Assembly: GCA_963692865.2 (NCBI GenBank)
Contig: OY843592.1
Location: forward strand, 832,001 to 896,000
Direction of reading: 5' to 3'
Source of the DNA: a bacterium
GTDB taxonomy: Bacteria > UBA8248
Length of the DNA: 64,000 bases
Positions within the stretch are counted from its first letter, which is position 1, and each line of letters opens with the position of its first letter. Positions 1 to 11,959 of this stretch are shown here, piece after piece. The position numbers and the translations under genes were made by a program. The notes under the pieces were generated by a model. It was not told where the DNA came from, made no database searches, and worked only from the letters and a program-made list of their open reading frames with translations.

Positions 1-869
1 AGGAAAACGCCGACCTGCTCGCGGCGGACGGCTGCGTCTGGGAGGACAACACCACGCGCGTTGACACCCCCGTGCTTTCGCTCGGCAACAAGGGGCTTTG
101 CTACATGGAGCTCACCTGCCGGACGGCGAACGTGGATTTCCACAGCTCGAACGCCCAGATATACGAGAACGCGGCCTGGCGGATGACGTGGGCGCTCTCG
201 ACCATGAAGGACCAGGACGAGAACGTGCTCGTCGAGGGGTTTTATGACGACGTGCTGCCGATCACCGAGATCGAGGACGAGCTCATCCGCCGCGTGCTGC
301 CCTACAACGGGGCGGAACGGGTCGAGAAGTTCGAGTTGCGAAAATTTCTCCTCGACATGAAGGACGAGGACCTCCCCCGCCGCCACCTCGCGAACCCGAC
401 CTTCAACATCGCCGGTTTCGACGGCGGCTACACCGGCGATGGGGTGAAGACCATCGTCTCCGCGCGCGCGCGGGCCAAGATAGACTGCCGCCTCGTGCCG
501 AACCAGGACCCTTACAAGATAAGGGACTGCGTGCGCGCGCACCTGGACAGGCACGGCTTCGAGGACATCGGCGTGGAGCTCCTGTTCACCTCCTACCCGG
601 CGAAGAGCGACCCCGAGGCCGACATCGTGAAGGCGTGCAACGCGGCGTCGCACAGACTCTACGGGGAAGACGCCATCATCAACCCCTTCGGCAACGGCAG
701 CACGCCGACGTATATCGTCTTGAAGCATCTGGGGGTTCCGCTTTCCTCCACCGGCGTGGGCCGCATCACCTCGCGCACGCACAGCGCGAACGAGAACCTG
801 AAAGTCGCGGACCTGATCGACGGGGCCAAGTGGATGGCCGCCATCTGCGAGGAGTTCAGCCGGTTATAG
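1..869 (+). CDS. M20/M25/M40 family metallopeptidase (dipeptidase-like), 5'-truncated by window edge
   Basis: Frame is open from the window start (ENADLLAADGCVWED...); motifs DFHSS, GGYTGDGVKTIV, KIDCRLVPNQDP, HSANENL. Confidence 0.85.
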   Translation, partial: ENADLLAADGCVWEDNTTRVDTPVLSLGNKGLCYMELTCRTANVDFHSSNAQIYENAAWRMTWALSTMKDQDENVLVEGFYDDVLPITEIEDELIRRVLPYNGAERVEKFELRKFLLDMKDEDLPRRHLANPTFNIAGFDGGYTGDGVKTIVSARARAKIDCRLVPNQDPYKIRDCVRAHLDRHGFEDIGVELLFTSYPAKSDPEADIVKACNAASHRLYGEDAIINPFGNGSTPTYIVLKHLGVPLSSTGVGRITSRTHSANENLKVADLIDGAKWMAAICEEFSRL

Positions 870-940
870 AGTGAGTTCATGGGGGCCGCGTCTGCGCGCC
901 CGTTTCTGGAATTGTGGAACCACGCACACAGGAGAAGAAG

Positions 941-1336
941 ATGCACGTTTTCGATCTGGAAAAGGAAAAGGAATTCAGCACCGAAAAGCACGTGGAGAAG
1001 ATTCTGGGCCGCTACGAGGAGGGCGACGTGACGGTGGCCTGCTGGGAGCCCGGCCAGGTGAGCCCCTACCACTGCCATCCCTACGCGACGGAGATCTATT
1101 TCTGCTACAAGGGCGGCGGCAGGATGAAGACCCCCACCGGCGAGGTCGACGTGATCCCCGGTTCCTTCATCGTCCATCCCCCGGGCGAGCTCCATGAGTA
1201 CACGAACGGCTCGGAGCGCACGCTCCTCTACCGGGTGCGCTACGGGGGAGACAAGGTCTCGCGCCACAAGGAATGGCCCACCAACCCGAACTGGAAGGCC
1301 AGGCCCGAGGACGAAGAGTATTTCAAGGGCGAGTAG
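941..1336 (+). CDS. Cupin domain protein
   Basis: Cupin motifs PYHCHPYATEIYF and HPPGELHEYTN; ATG 941 follows AGGAGAAG. Confidence 0.85.
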   Translation: MHVFDLEKEKEFSTEKHVEKILGRYEEGDVTVACWEPGQVSPYHCHPYATEIYFCYKGGGRMKTPTGEVDVIPGSFIVHPPGELHEYTNGSERTLLYRVRYGGDKVSRHKEWPTNPNWKARPEDEEYFKGE

Positions 1337-1339
1337 GCG

Positions 1340-1905
1340 TCCATGAATCGAAGGGGCGGTTCGAGAACGGTCCCTGCAAAACCCGCAAACCCTACCAATT
1401 GCCGATATGCGCGCGGAGTAGGGACAACCCCTCCTCGGGGTTGTCCTGCCCCCGTGGTTGTCCCTTGCAGAACGCACCATCGGACAGGCACGGGGGCCTG
1501 TCCCTACAAACGAGAGAAGGTCTTGATCGTCATTCCGGCCTTGAGCCGGAATCGATTTGCGGGTGCGGGTGAATGAACGACGGCGTTTCAATTCCCGCCG
1601 ATGTGCGGGAATCCTGACGAAAGGCAAAAGACATAAAATGGATTCCGGCTCAAGGCCGGAATGACGGCAATCCTGGCAATCCAGGGTTTTCAACAGTTCC
1701 TTGAGGGTTGCCGGCAACTGATGAAGAAGGAAGAATCATTCCCCCCTTGAGGGGGTCGGGCTTCCCGAGGGGAAAGCCCGACAGAGGCCGAGCGGTTTGT
1801 GCGAAGGCCGATGTGGTGGGGGACATACCACAGGGTAAAATCTCCCCCCACCAGTTCGCTTTCGGGCTTACGCCTTCAGCTCACTGTCGGCCTTCCCGAG
1901 GAGGA
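1340..1905. repeat. Intergenic cluster of nested palindromic repeats
   Basis: GTAGGGAC-type palindromes at 1418-1446 and 1481-1506; inverted CGTCATTCCGGC...GCCGGAAT pair at 1528-1553 and 1641-1667; CCCCCCTTGAGGGGG element from 1740. Confidence 0.8.
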
Positions 1906-2023
1906 AAGATGGGGTAATCGGGTTGGTCTGCGAACTACCGCGTGTGGCGGATGTTCCTCTGCCTTATGATTCGAGGCGAGGCCGGGATGGTCCGGTCTCT
2001 ACGCGCCCGCAGGAGGAGCAGTC

Positions 2024-3064
2024 ATGAACTACTTTGCAGGACTCGACGTGTCGTTGGAGTGGACGAGTGTGTGCGTGGTGGACGCGGAGGGCGGGATCGT
2101 CCGGGAGGCGAAGGTCGCGAGCGAACCCGCGGCCCTCGTGGCGTTCTTCACCGGACTGGCCTTCGGCGTAACGCGCATCTGCCTGGAGGCGGGGCCGCTG
2201 TCACAGTGGCTCCATGACGGTCTGGCCGAGGCCGGGTTCCCGGTGGTTTGCGCCGAGACGCGGCAACTGAAGGCGGTGCTCTCGGCGACGGTGAACAAGA
2301 GCGACCGCGACGACGCGCGCGGCATCGCCCAGTTGGTTCGCGCGAACCTGATTCGCCCGGTGCACGTGAAGACGGTGTCGAGCCAGGAAAAACGCATGCT
2401 CCTCGCCAACCGCAGGTTCATGCTGAAGCAGTTGTGCGACGCCGAGGCCCACATCCGGGGCACGCTGCGCAACTTCGGGCTGAAGATGGGCAAGGTCACC
2501 CGTCGCGGTTTGGAGGCGCGTGTAGGGTGTCTGGTCGCGGAGCGCCCGGAGTTGGCGCGCCTGGTGGCGCCGATGCTGCGGGCTCGCTCTGCGCTGCTGG
2601 CGGAATACGTCCGGCTGCACAGGATGATGCTGGAGGCGGCGCGAGCCGATCCGGTCTGCCGGCGCCTGATGACGGTTCCCGGCGTGGGTCCGGTGACGGC
2701 GCTCACCTTCCGGGCGAGCGTCGACGTGCCATCGCGTTTTGCGCGCTCGCGCTCGGTGGGCGCGCACTTCGGGCTTGTGCCTCGCAAATGGCAATCCGGA
2801 GAGGTCGACCGCACGGGAAGCATCTCCAAATGCGGCGACGCGATGATGCGCGCGGCGCTCTACGAAGCCGCCAACGTCTTGCTCGGGCGCACGACGCGGT
2901 GGTCATGGCTGAAAGCCTGGGCGATGGGTGTGGCGAAGCGTCGCGGCAAGTCGCGCGCGAAGGTTGCGCTCGCCCGCCGGCTCGGCGTCATCATGCACCG
3001 CATGTGGATGGATGGCAGTGAGTTCCGCTGGAAGCGCGACGGCGCGGATGCTTCGGCTGCCTGA
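2024..3064 (+). CDS. IS110-family DEDD transposase/recombinase
   Basis: YFAGLDVS...CLEAG...KSDRDDA (RuvC-like DEDD); TVPGVGPVTA and GLVPRKWQSG...ISKCGD (catalytic Ser domain); RBS AGGAGGAG. Confidence 0.95.
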   Translation: MNYFAGLDVSLEWTSVCVVDAEGGIVREAKVASEPAALVAFFTGLAFGVTRICLEAGPLSQWLHDGLAEAGFPVVCAETRQLKAVLSATVNKSDRDDARGIAQLVRANLIRPVHVKTVSSQEKRMLLANRRFMLKQLCDAEAHIRGTLRNFGLKMGKVTRRGLEARVGCLVAERPELARLVAPMLRARSALLAEYVRLHRMMLEAARADPVCRRLMTVPGVGPVTALTFRASVDVPSRFARSRSVGAHFGLVPRKWQSGEVDRTGSISKCGDAMMRAALYEAANVLLGRTTRWSWLKAWAMGVAKRRGKSRAKVALARRLGVIMHRMWMDGSEFRWKRDGADASAA

Positions 3065-3119
3065 GGTCGAGACACTGAAGAAGGAGGACCACAGACAAAC
3101 CCTGTAGCTTCCGCCTCGG

Positions 3120-3305
3120 CGGGGGATGCTCCCGTGGGGACGAGGGACGAAGTGAGTACGCTGTCGGCCTAGCCCCGCTGCGTCGGTGACGATGCGAGGG
3201 CGCAGGAAAGATTGTTCCACTTCGTTCTCCGATCCCATCCTGTTGACGGCCCCCGGCTCGGGAGTCGATCACGAAGAGAAGCGAGACCCCCATGGAGCGT
3301 CATCT
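3120..3305 (+). ncRNA. Predicted bridge RNA / seekRNA of the IS1111-type element
   Basis: Outer stem 3125-3139/3288-3301; target loop with GTCGGCCT (3163-3170) and AGGAAAG (3204-3210); donor loop with CCCATC (3234-3239) and AGAGAAG (3275-3281); boundaries approximate. Confidence 0.7.
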
Positions 3306-3492
3306 GCAGCCAAAGGCGGAACAGGTCTGACAGAACCAGGGGAGAGGAACTTGACTTGCCCTACCCGATTAGAGAAGGCCGACCCTCAAGGGGGGAGTGA
3401 TTTCCACTCTCGTCGGAAGGCAAGAACCCTCAAGGGGGGAGTGAATTTCTTCTCTACTCGGTCGGGTTCGGCCCCCCACCCGGAGTGCGCCC

Positions 3493-4281
3493 GTGAGCGA
3501 TACGATGGATTTCGATGAGCGCGCCTCGCGCCAGGCCGAGGTCATGTACCTGACGCCGGACTTGACCGAGGTGAGACGCCGGACGATAGAGGCGCTCGGT
3601 CTCACCTCCGGCGCGCGCGTCCTGGACGTGGGTTCCGGCCCCGGCCTCTTCGCCGACGAGATAGCGCAGACGGTCGGCCCGACGGGTTGCGTGCGCGGGG
3701 TGGATATCAGCGAGTCGATGATCGGGCTCGCCCGGGCGCGATGCGCCGATAAGCCCTGGGTCGACTTTCAAATCGCCGACGCCGTATCACTTCCCTTCGA
3801 AGATGAGTATTTCGACGCCTGCGTGAGCGTGCAGACGCTCGAGTTCGTGGCTGACTTGGATGCGGCCTTGCGCGAGATGCACCGCGTATTGAAGCCCGGT
3901 GGACGACTCGCGGTGAGCGACGCCGACTGGGGCGCCACGTCGTGGCGCTGTGAGGATGCGGCGCTCTGCGAGCGGGTGATGGCCAGCTGGCTTGCGGGCT
4001 TCGCCCACCTGAGGCTGCCGCTCACGCTCAAGCCCGGGATCGAGGCGGCGGGCTTCGCCGATGTTTCCGCCCGCGCGATCCCCGTTCTCAACACCGCCTG
4101 CGAACCCGAGAGCTTCAGTTTTCAATTCATTCGTCAGGTTCAGGGCGTCGTCCCCGCCAGGACGGACCTGACGCAAGAGGAAGTAGACGCATGGGCGAGT
4201 GAATTGCGCGGCCTGGACGAGAGGGGCGCATATTTTTTCTCGCAGACGAGATATCTGTTCTCAGCCGATAAGCCGCGCTGA
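3493..4281 (+). CDS. Class I SAM-dependent methyltransferase (UbiE/ArsM-like)
   Basis: VLDVGSGPG, GVDISESM, DAVSLPFEDEYFD, RVLKPGGRL. Confidence 0.9.
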   Translation: MSDTMDFDERASRQAEVMYLTPDLTEVRRRTIEALGLTSGARVLDVGSGPGLFADEIAQTVGPTGCVRGVDISESMIGLARARCADKPWVDFQIADAVSLPFEDEYFDACVSVQTLEFVADLDAALREMHRVLKPGGRLAVSDADWGATSWRCEDAALCERVMASWLAGFAHLRLPLTLKPGIEAAGFADVSARAIPVLNTACEPESFSFQFIRQVQGVVPARTDLTQEEVDAWASELRGLDERGAYFFSQTRYLFSADKPR

Positions 4282-4282
4282 A

Positions 4283-4999
4283 TCAACTCTCTTTCGGCTT
4301 AAACTTCTTGTAGACCACGGGGATGAGCGAGAGAACCGCGAGACCCACCAGGGCGATCATGACCTGGGGCGTCAGGATCCCCTTGGCGGAGAACTCGCCT
4401 CCCGCCTCGAATATGCTGCCGAGGCCCGCGCCCACCGAGGCGAAGACGAACGATCCGGGAATGATGCCCAACAACGTGCCGATAACGTAGACGCTCGGGG
4501 ACACCCCCAGAAAGGCGGGCACGAGGTTCACCACGAAAAAGGGGAACAGGGGCACGAGCCTTAAAACCAGCAGGTAGCTCAGCGCGTTTTCCTGAAAGCC
4601 TTCCTCCATCTTCTGGAGCCAGGGGCCGGCCTTCGCCCGCAGGGGGTCGCCGAGCGAGGTCTTGGCCGCGATGAAGAGAATCGTCGCCCCCGCCGTCGCG
4701 CCCACGACGATGTAGAGCGCGCCCCAGACGGTCCCGAACAGAAAACCGCCCGTGATGCTCATCACCGCCCCGCCGGGAAGGGAGAATATCGTCACCGCCG
4801 CGTAGACGAGCATGTAGGCGACCACGGCGAGCGCGCCGTTGGCGCGCACCCATGTCTTCAATGCCTCCTGGTTTTCCCGCAGGGTTTCGAAGGAGAGGTA
4901 GCGCCCCAGGCCCGAGTAGAAGAAGGCGACGATCACGAGGACCAGAATCAGCGGGATGATGAAGTTTTTATACGATAATTTTCTTTCGGATTCGCTCAT
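4283..4999 (-). CDS. TVP38/TMEM64 (DedA superfamily) membrane protein
   Basis: SLPGGAVMSITGGFLFG and LRLVPLFPFFVVN; real start MSESERK at 4999, the upstream ORF extension is repeat DNA. Confidence 0.9.
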   Translation of the reverse strand: MSESERKLSYKNFIIPLILVLVIVAFFYSGLGRYLSFETLRENQEALKTWVRANGALAVVAYMLVYAAVTIFSLPGGAVMSITGGFLFGTVWGALYIVVGATAGATILFIAAKTSLGDPLRAKAGPWLQKMEEGFQENALSYLLVLRLVPLFPFFVVNLVPAFLGVSPSVYVIGTLLGIIPGSFVFASVGAGLGSIFEAGGEFSAKGILTPQVMIALVGLAVLSLIPVVYKKFKPKES

Positions 5000-5139
5000 T
5001 TTCGGCCGGTTGCTTTCCAGGTTTGGGGTTGTGGCGCGAGAGGAGGCGGCTGCCTCGAATGGTTCCCGATCCGACGCATGGCGTCCGAACCGCGCTTCGC
5101 TTCTATCACATTTCGCGCGCGGGTGAAATCGCCCCGCGT

Positions 5140-5495
5140 TTTTGAGGGTTGTCGAAAAAGCCTCTCCTCGCTTGTAATTGACCACCACCGTCATTCCGGC
5201 AAATGTCGGAATCCAGAGCAGACGGGGACACCGAATCGCAGGACGACCCCTAAAAACGATAAAGCGAAAAGACAAATACAAAAGAAAAGTCCCTGGATTC
5301 CGGCATTTGCCGGAATGACGATCAAAAGCGAGGAGCAAAACCACCATCCCTCCTCGGTCGAGAGGGCATCCTTCGATACGGCGCTTACGCGCCTACTCAG
5401 GATGAGGCAGGTGGGGGGACGGCGAAGCCTGCCCTGAGCCTGTCGAAGGGCCGCTACTCAGGATGAGGCGGCGAAGGGTTTTTCAACAACCCCTT
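5140..5495. repeat. Intergenic repeat cluster
   Basis: Inverted ATTCCGGC pair at 5189-5215 and 5296-5320; CTTCGATACGGCGCTTACGCGCCTACTCAGGATGAGG at 5371-5407 recurs at about 36707-36743; TTTTCAACAACCCC end motif. Confidence 0.8.
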
Positions 5496-5563
5496 GTGCC
5501 AGGGGTGGCGATATCCGCGCGATTGCGAGAAAATGACCTTTTACGTCGATTGGGAGCGAATCG

Positions 5564-6028
5564 GTGAACCCGAGACTGAGGCCGTATCAGACATACGGAA
5601 TCACCCTGCTTCGCGTTTCTCTGGGCGTCTACTACGTTCTCCACGCCTATTACGGTTTTCTGGTGGTCGGCGTGGAGCGCTTAGCCGCCCTCAACGCGTC
5701 GATGGGCGTTCCTCTGCCGGCCTTCGGCGCGTGGGCCGTCGTGCTGGGTCATCTGGTCGGCGGAGCGCTGCTGATCATCGGGTTCTACGCCCGTCTCGGC
5801 GCCTTGATGAACGCTCTCATCATGGCGGGCGCGGCCTTGCTGGTGCATTTCGACCAGGGTTTTTTCATGCGCGGGATCGTCACGAACCCGAAGACCGGCG
5901 CCGCCGCCGCCGGGGGATACGAATACGCCCTCTTCCTTCTTCTCGCCACGGTCGCGGCGCTCTTCCTCGGAAGCGGCCCCCTCTCCCTCGACGCCGGCGC
6001 GAGAAGCAGAATGCGTATGGGGGAGTAG
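5564..6028 (+). CDS. DoxX family membrane protein
   Basis: LLRVSLG, GGALLIIGFYARLGA, GGYEYALFL, GSGPLSLD. Confidence 0.9.
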   Translation: MNPRLRPYQTYGITLLRVSLGVYYVLHAYYGFLVVGVERLAALNASMGVPLPAFGAWAVVLGHLVGGALLIIGFYARLGALMNALIMAGAALLVHFDQGFFMRGIVTNPKTGAAAAGGYEYALFLLLATVAALFLGSGPLSLDAGARSRMRMGE

Positions 6029-6117
6029 GAAACTACCCTAAGTTCAGAAGTCTCACATCACCGATGAAACTTTCGAGGGACATCGATTCGGGGCGGGAAG
6101 GCGGCCCTGGCGGCATT

Positions 6118-9248
<3,131 letters not shown>

Positions 9249-9252
<4 letters not shown>

Positions 9253-9899
9253 TCATCTTCTCCAATGCCTCCAGCGTGATTTCCCAAAAGCCGGATGCCT
9301 AAATCTCGATATGCGACCGGATCGATAGAGAATAGAAGTTCACTTGCGTAGTATTCTTCTTCGCAAACTTGAATTAATCCATATATGCCATCGATTGCGA
9401 TGTCGAAGCGTCGTTCGGGATTTGGAGATGCAGACTGCAACCTTGCGAGTATTTCTTTCTCAAGTTCTTCTTCCGCGTTTGGCACATCGAATAAAAAACC
9501 AAAAATCCAGAGCGAACTCTTGCGAATAATCTGCAATACTTGGATTTCAGGTGTACCCTTATGACCTCCGTGATATTGCTCGTTCCTATGTTCATGTGCC
9601 CAAATGACAGATGCTCGATCTATCCCTAACTGAACTGAGCGACTTTGGCATTCATGTTCTATGAAATCGAGCTTGGTATGATAGGTTTTCAACCATTGGT
9701 CAACTTGGGCGCGTTGATATTCACGATTGCTTCTCTGAATAGGATGCAATGAAAGATAAGTTGAGATCGCTACTTCAATAGCATTGTCAAAAGAGATTAG
9801 CGCAATGCGACGATCAAAGTCGTCACCATTTTGCAGATGGCCTTCTGCATGAAGCAGCAGTTCGAATGGCCCTTGGGCCCACGGATGAATAGTACTCAT
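9249..9899 (-). CDS. Hypothetical protein, HEPN-like (Rx4H)
   Basis: Likely start MSTIHPW at 9899; [10 protein letters not shown] helix and HRNEQYH motif; AT-rich; stop overlaps the hsdR ATG. Confidence 0.6.
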
Positions 9900-9951
9900 T
9901 GTAATATACTCAAAATTTATTGTTAAAGTAGCGTAAACACGGGTTTGATCA

Positions 9952-11193
9952 TCAGACCACCCTAGCGAGAAACGCCTCGGCATCTTTAATCTGCAATTCG
10001 CCCGACACCAGCTTCGGAAGTAACGCATCATGAAGGCTGGTTAGTATTTTCGTCTCGTTCTGAGCCTGCGCTAAACGTCGGAACAAAGATTCCAAAAACT
10101 TGCGAAATGTTTCAAGGATTGAATCAACTGGTGCGATTAAATTCATCGCACCCAAATCAGAGTTCGAGATAAAGGGTTGAGCTGCTCCCTTCTTGATCAA
10201 ATCTATATCCAAGTTTCTAAGAGAAAGTAATAACCATTCTCCCGAAATACCTTCATTTTGCGCAATAATTGAAGCATTGTTGTTGATCCATGCTCGTCCT
10301 TGGTATGAGAAAAACTGTCCACAATAGGCCCCAACCCTGCCAACTGTTATGACATCCCCATCGGCGTTGTAGTCATCTGTGTACCCCATTAGACCAGCAC
10401 CGCCGAATACCGGCACTGATCCATTGTCAACGAACTTATCTTTTGGAAGCTGCTTACCTCCTTTTATCGAAGCAAAATCCGACACGACTTTCACCTCCCA
10501 TCCCTCCGGTATCTTACCCAATTCGGAATCCACCAGCTGATCGGGGAAGAGGTCGGCGATGTGCCTGGGCAGTCCGGTGTCAAGGCCTGCCATTTTGGCG
10601 CGGACTGGGTCGAAATCCACGAACCACGACTTGAACAGCGCGCGCGCCGTCGACTCTAGGGTCTCATTTATCTGGTGATTAAGTTCTATTTTGTCGTCCA
10701 GCGTTCCGAGGACATGCGCGATGGCACGCTGTTCGGAGAGGGGAGGAAGGAGGAATCGCAATTCGTCGAGGGTTTGTAGGTTTATGTTGTCTTGTACACT
10801 GCCAGTCCCAACATTCTCCTGCTGAATCTTATTTCGGAGGAGACGAAATGTGTACTCTACAAACCGGACATCGCAAATGGATTCATTGGCAATGAACCCA
10901 ATTACACTATCAGGAAAACAAGCTGGGTAAGTAAGAATAGCCGTCTCGGCAATGTTAGCTGCAATGGTAATAACCATCGTGTTGATGGGCCATAGACGAC
11001 TCTGCGCCAGTCCAACTTCGTTGTAAGTTTGTTTATGAGAGGTGATTCTACCCCCAGAAGATTTGATATCACCCGTCTGAACGAAGGGGTACGGACCACC
11101 ATAAAGCTTGGGAGCATTTCTAGGGCGATGTCTCGATCGACCTCGATTTACTTCTCCCAACTCTCCAAGTTTTACCTCACGCCAATTGCTCAT
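9952..11193 (-). CDS. hsdS: Type I R-M specificity subunit S
   Basis: Two TRDs; conserved PPLSEQRAIAHVLGTLDDKIELN...LFKSWFVDF...IPEGW; C-terminal LLPKLVSGEL. Confidence 0.95.
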   Translation of the reverse strand: MSNWREVKLGELGEVNRGRSRHRPRNAPKLYGGPYPFVQTGDIKSSGGRITSHKQTYNEVGLAQSRLWPINTMVITIAANIAETAILTYPACFPDSVIGFIANESICDVRFVEYTFRLLRNKIQQENVGTGSVQDNINLQTLDELRFLLPPLSEQRAIAHVLGTLDDKIELNHQINETLESTARALFKSWFVDFDPVRAKMAGLDTGLPRHIADLFPDQLVDSELGKIPEGWEVKVVSDFASIKGGKQLPKDKFVDNGSVPVFGGAGLMGYTDDYNADGDVITVGRVGAYCGQFFSYQGRAWINNNASIIAQNEGISGEWLLLSLRNLDIDLIKKGAAQPFISNSDLGAMNLIAPVDSILETFRKFLESLFRRLAQAQNETKILTSLHDALLPKLVSGELQIKDAEAFLARVV

Positions 11194-11303
11194 CAACCCC
11201 GAATCCCACTTAGCGGACGATTTGTCCTTTCTTGTCAGCAACACATAATTCCTCTCTATCCCCTTCCGAAAAACTCTCGGACGCGCTCACCTAGTCCACG
11301 ACA

Positions 11304-11384
11304 TCAACCTTTCGGCTTCTTGCGTTCGAATATGACGTCATAGCGCCGAATGCCGTAGAAGTATTTCCCGGCTTCAAGACGCAT
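11304..11384 (-). pseudogene. Remnant of HepT/DUF86-like toxin
   Basis: ATG overlaps the MNT 3' end; 26-aa peptide MRLEAGKYFYGIRR... resembles DUF86 N-termini, then stops. Confidence 0.5.
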
Positions 11385-11682
11385 AGACGGGGGTCCTCGT
11401 CTTCTCTACCGACTCCAGGAAATACGGATTCCTGATGGCCGAGCCGATCACCAAATCGACCGGTTTTCCGAAGAGCCGCTCCAGGGACTCCAGCAAACCG
11501 AAATAAGCATCCGCATAGGTTGGAAGAACCTCCGGCCCGAACTCGACCACGAAGTCCAGGTCGCTCTCGCCCGCGTCGTACCGATCCGTCGAGGCCGACC
11601 CGAACAGGTCGAGCCGCTGCACGCCATGTCGGATGCACAGACGCTTCAGATCGTCCATTCTTTCCTCGACGGCGGGAATCAT
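11374..11682 (-). CDS. Minimal nucleotidyltransferase (MntA-like antitoxin)
   Basis: LDLFGSA...SDLDFVVEF, LFGKPVDLV, IRNPYF; start MIPAVEE after GGAGG. Confidence 0.9.
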   Translation of the reverse strand: MIPAVEERMDDLKRLCIRHGVQRLDLFGSASTDRYDAGESDLDFVVEFGPEVLPTYADAYFGLLESLERLFGKPVDLVIGSAIRNPYFLESVEKTRTPVYAS

Positions 11683-11702
11683 CGTTCCTCCCCCACGTTT
11701 CT

Positions 11703-11948
11703 TCAGTTGGACGTGCGGCGGAGAACCAGCGCCTCGACGACCTCGGCGCCCTCCGGGGTATCTTCCGCCGGATAGGGCGGGTCTCCGTGCCGACCCTCCC
11801 ACTCGTGCTTCCCCGTGTTCAGACTGATCTTCATCGTGGATATCCGATCCGGCGTCAGATCGTCGTAGCCTTCTTCGTAGCCGTTCACCACGACGCGCAG
11901 GTCTGCGGGGTATCGCCGAAGCGTTTCGATCAACTCGCTGACCAACAT
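11703..11948 (-). CDS. Small hypothetical protein (81 aa)
   Basis: MLVSELIETLRRYPADLRVVVNGYEEGYDD; RBS AGGAGAG; co-oriented within the R-M operon. Confidence 0.7.
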   Translation of the reverse strand: MLVSELIETLRRYPADLRVVVNGYEEGYDDLTPDRISTMKISLNTGKHEWEGRHGDPPYPAEDTPEGAEVVEALVLRRTSN

Positions 11949-11959
11949 GTATGCTCTCC

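Larger units (their letters stand above)
1909..3377 (+). mobile_element. IS110-family insertion sequence, IS1111 group
   Basis: Sub-terminal inverted repeats TAATCGGGT (1915-1923) and ACCCGATTA (3363-3371), 6 bp and 3 bp inside an AAG core present at both ends (1906-1908, 3375-3377); short left end, long right end; removing the element restores the hairpin GTCGGCCTTCCCGAGGAGGAAAGGCCGAC. Confidence 0.85.

Noticed and set aside
4999-5347. N-terminal ORF-track extensions running into repeat clusters (also 32018-32258, 43211-43417, 57388-57619)
   Set aside because: They translate repeat DNA (e.g. WIPAFAGMT); better starts lie downstream at the edge of family similarity
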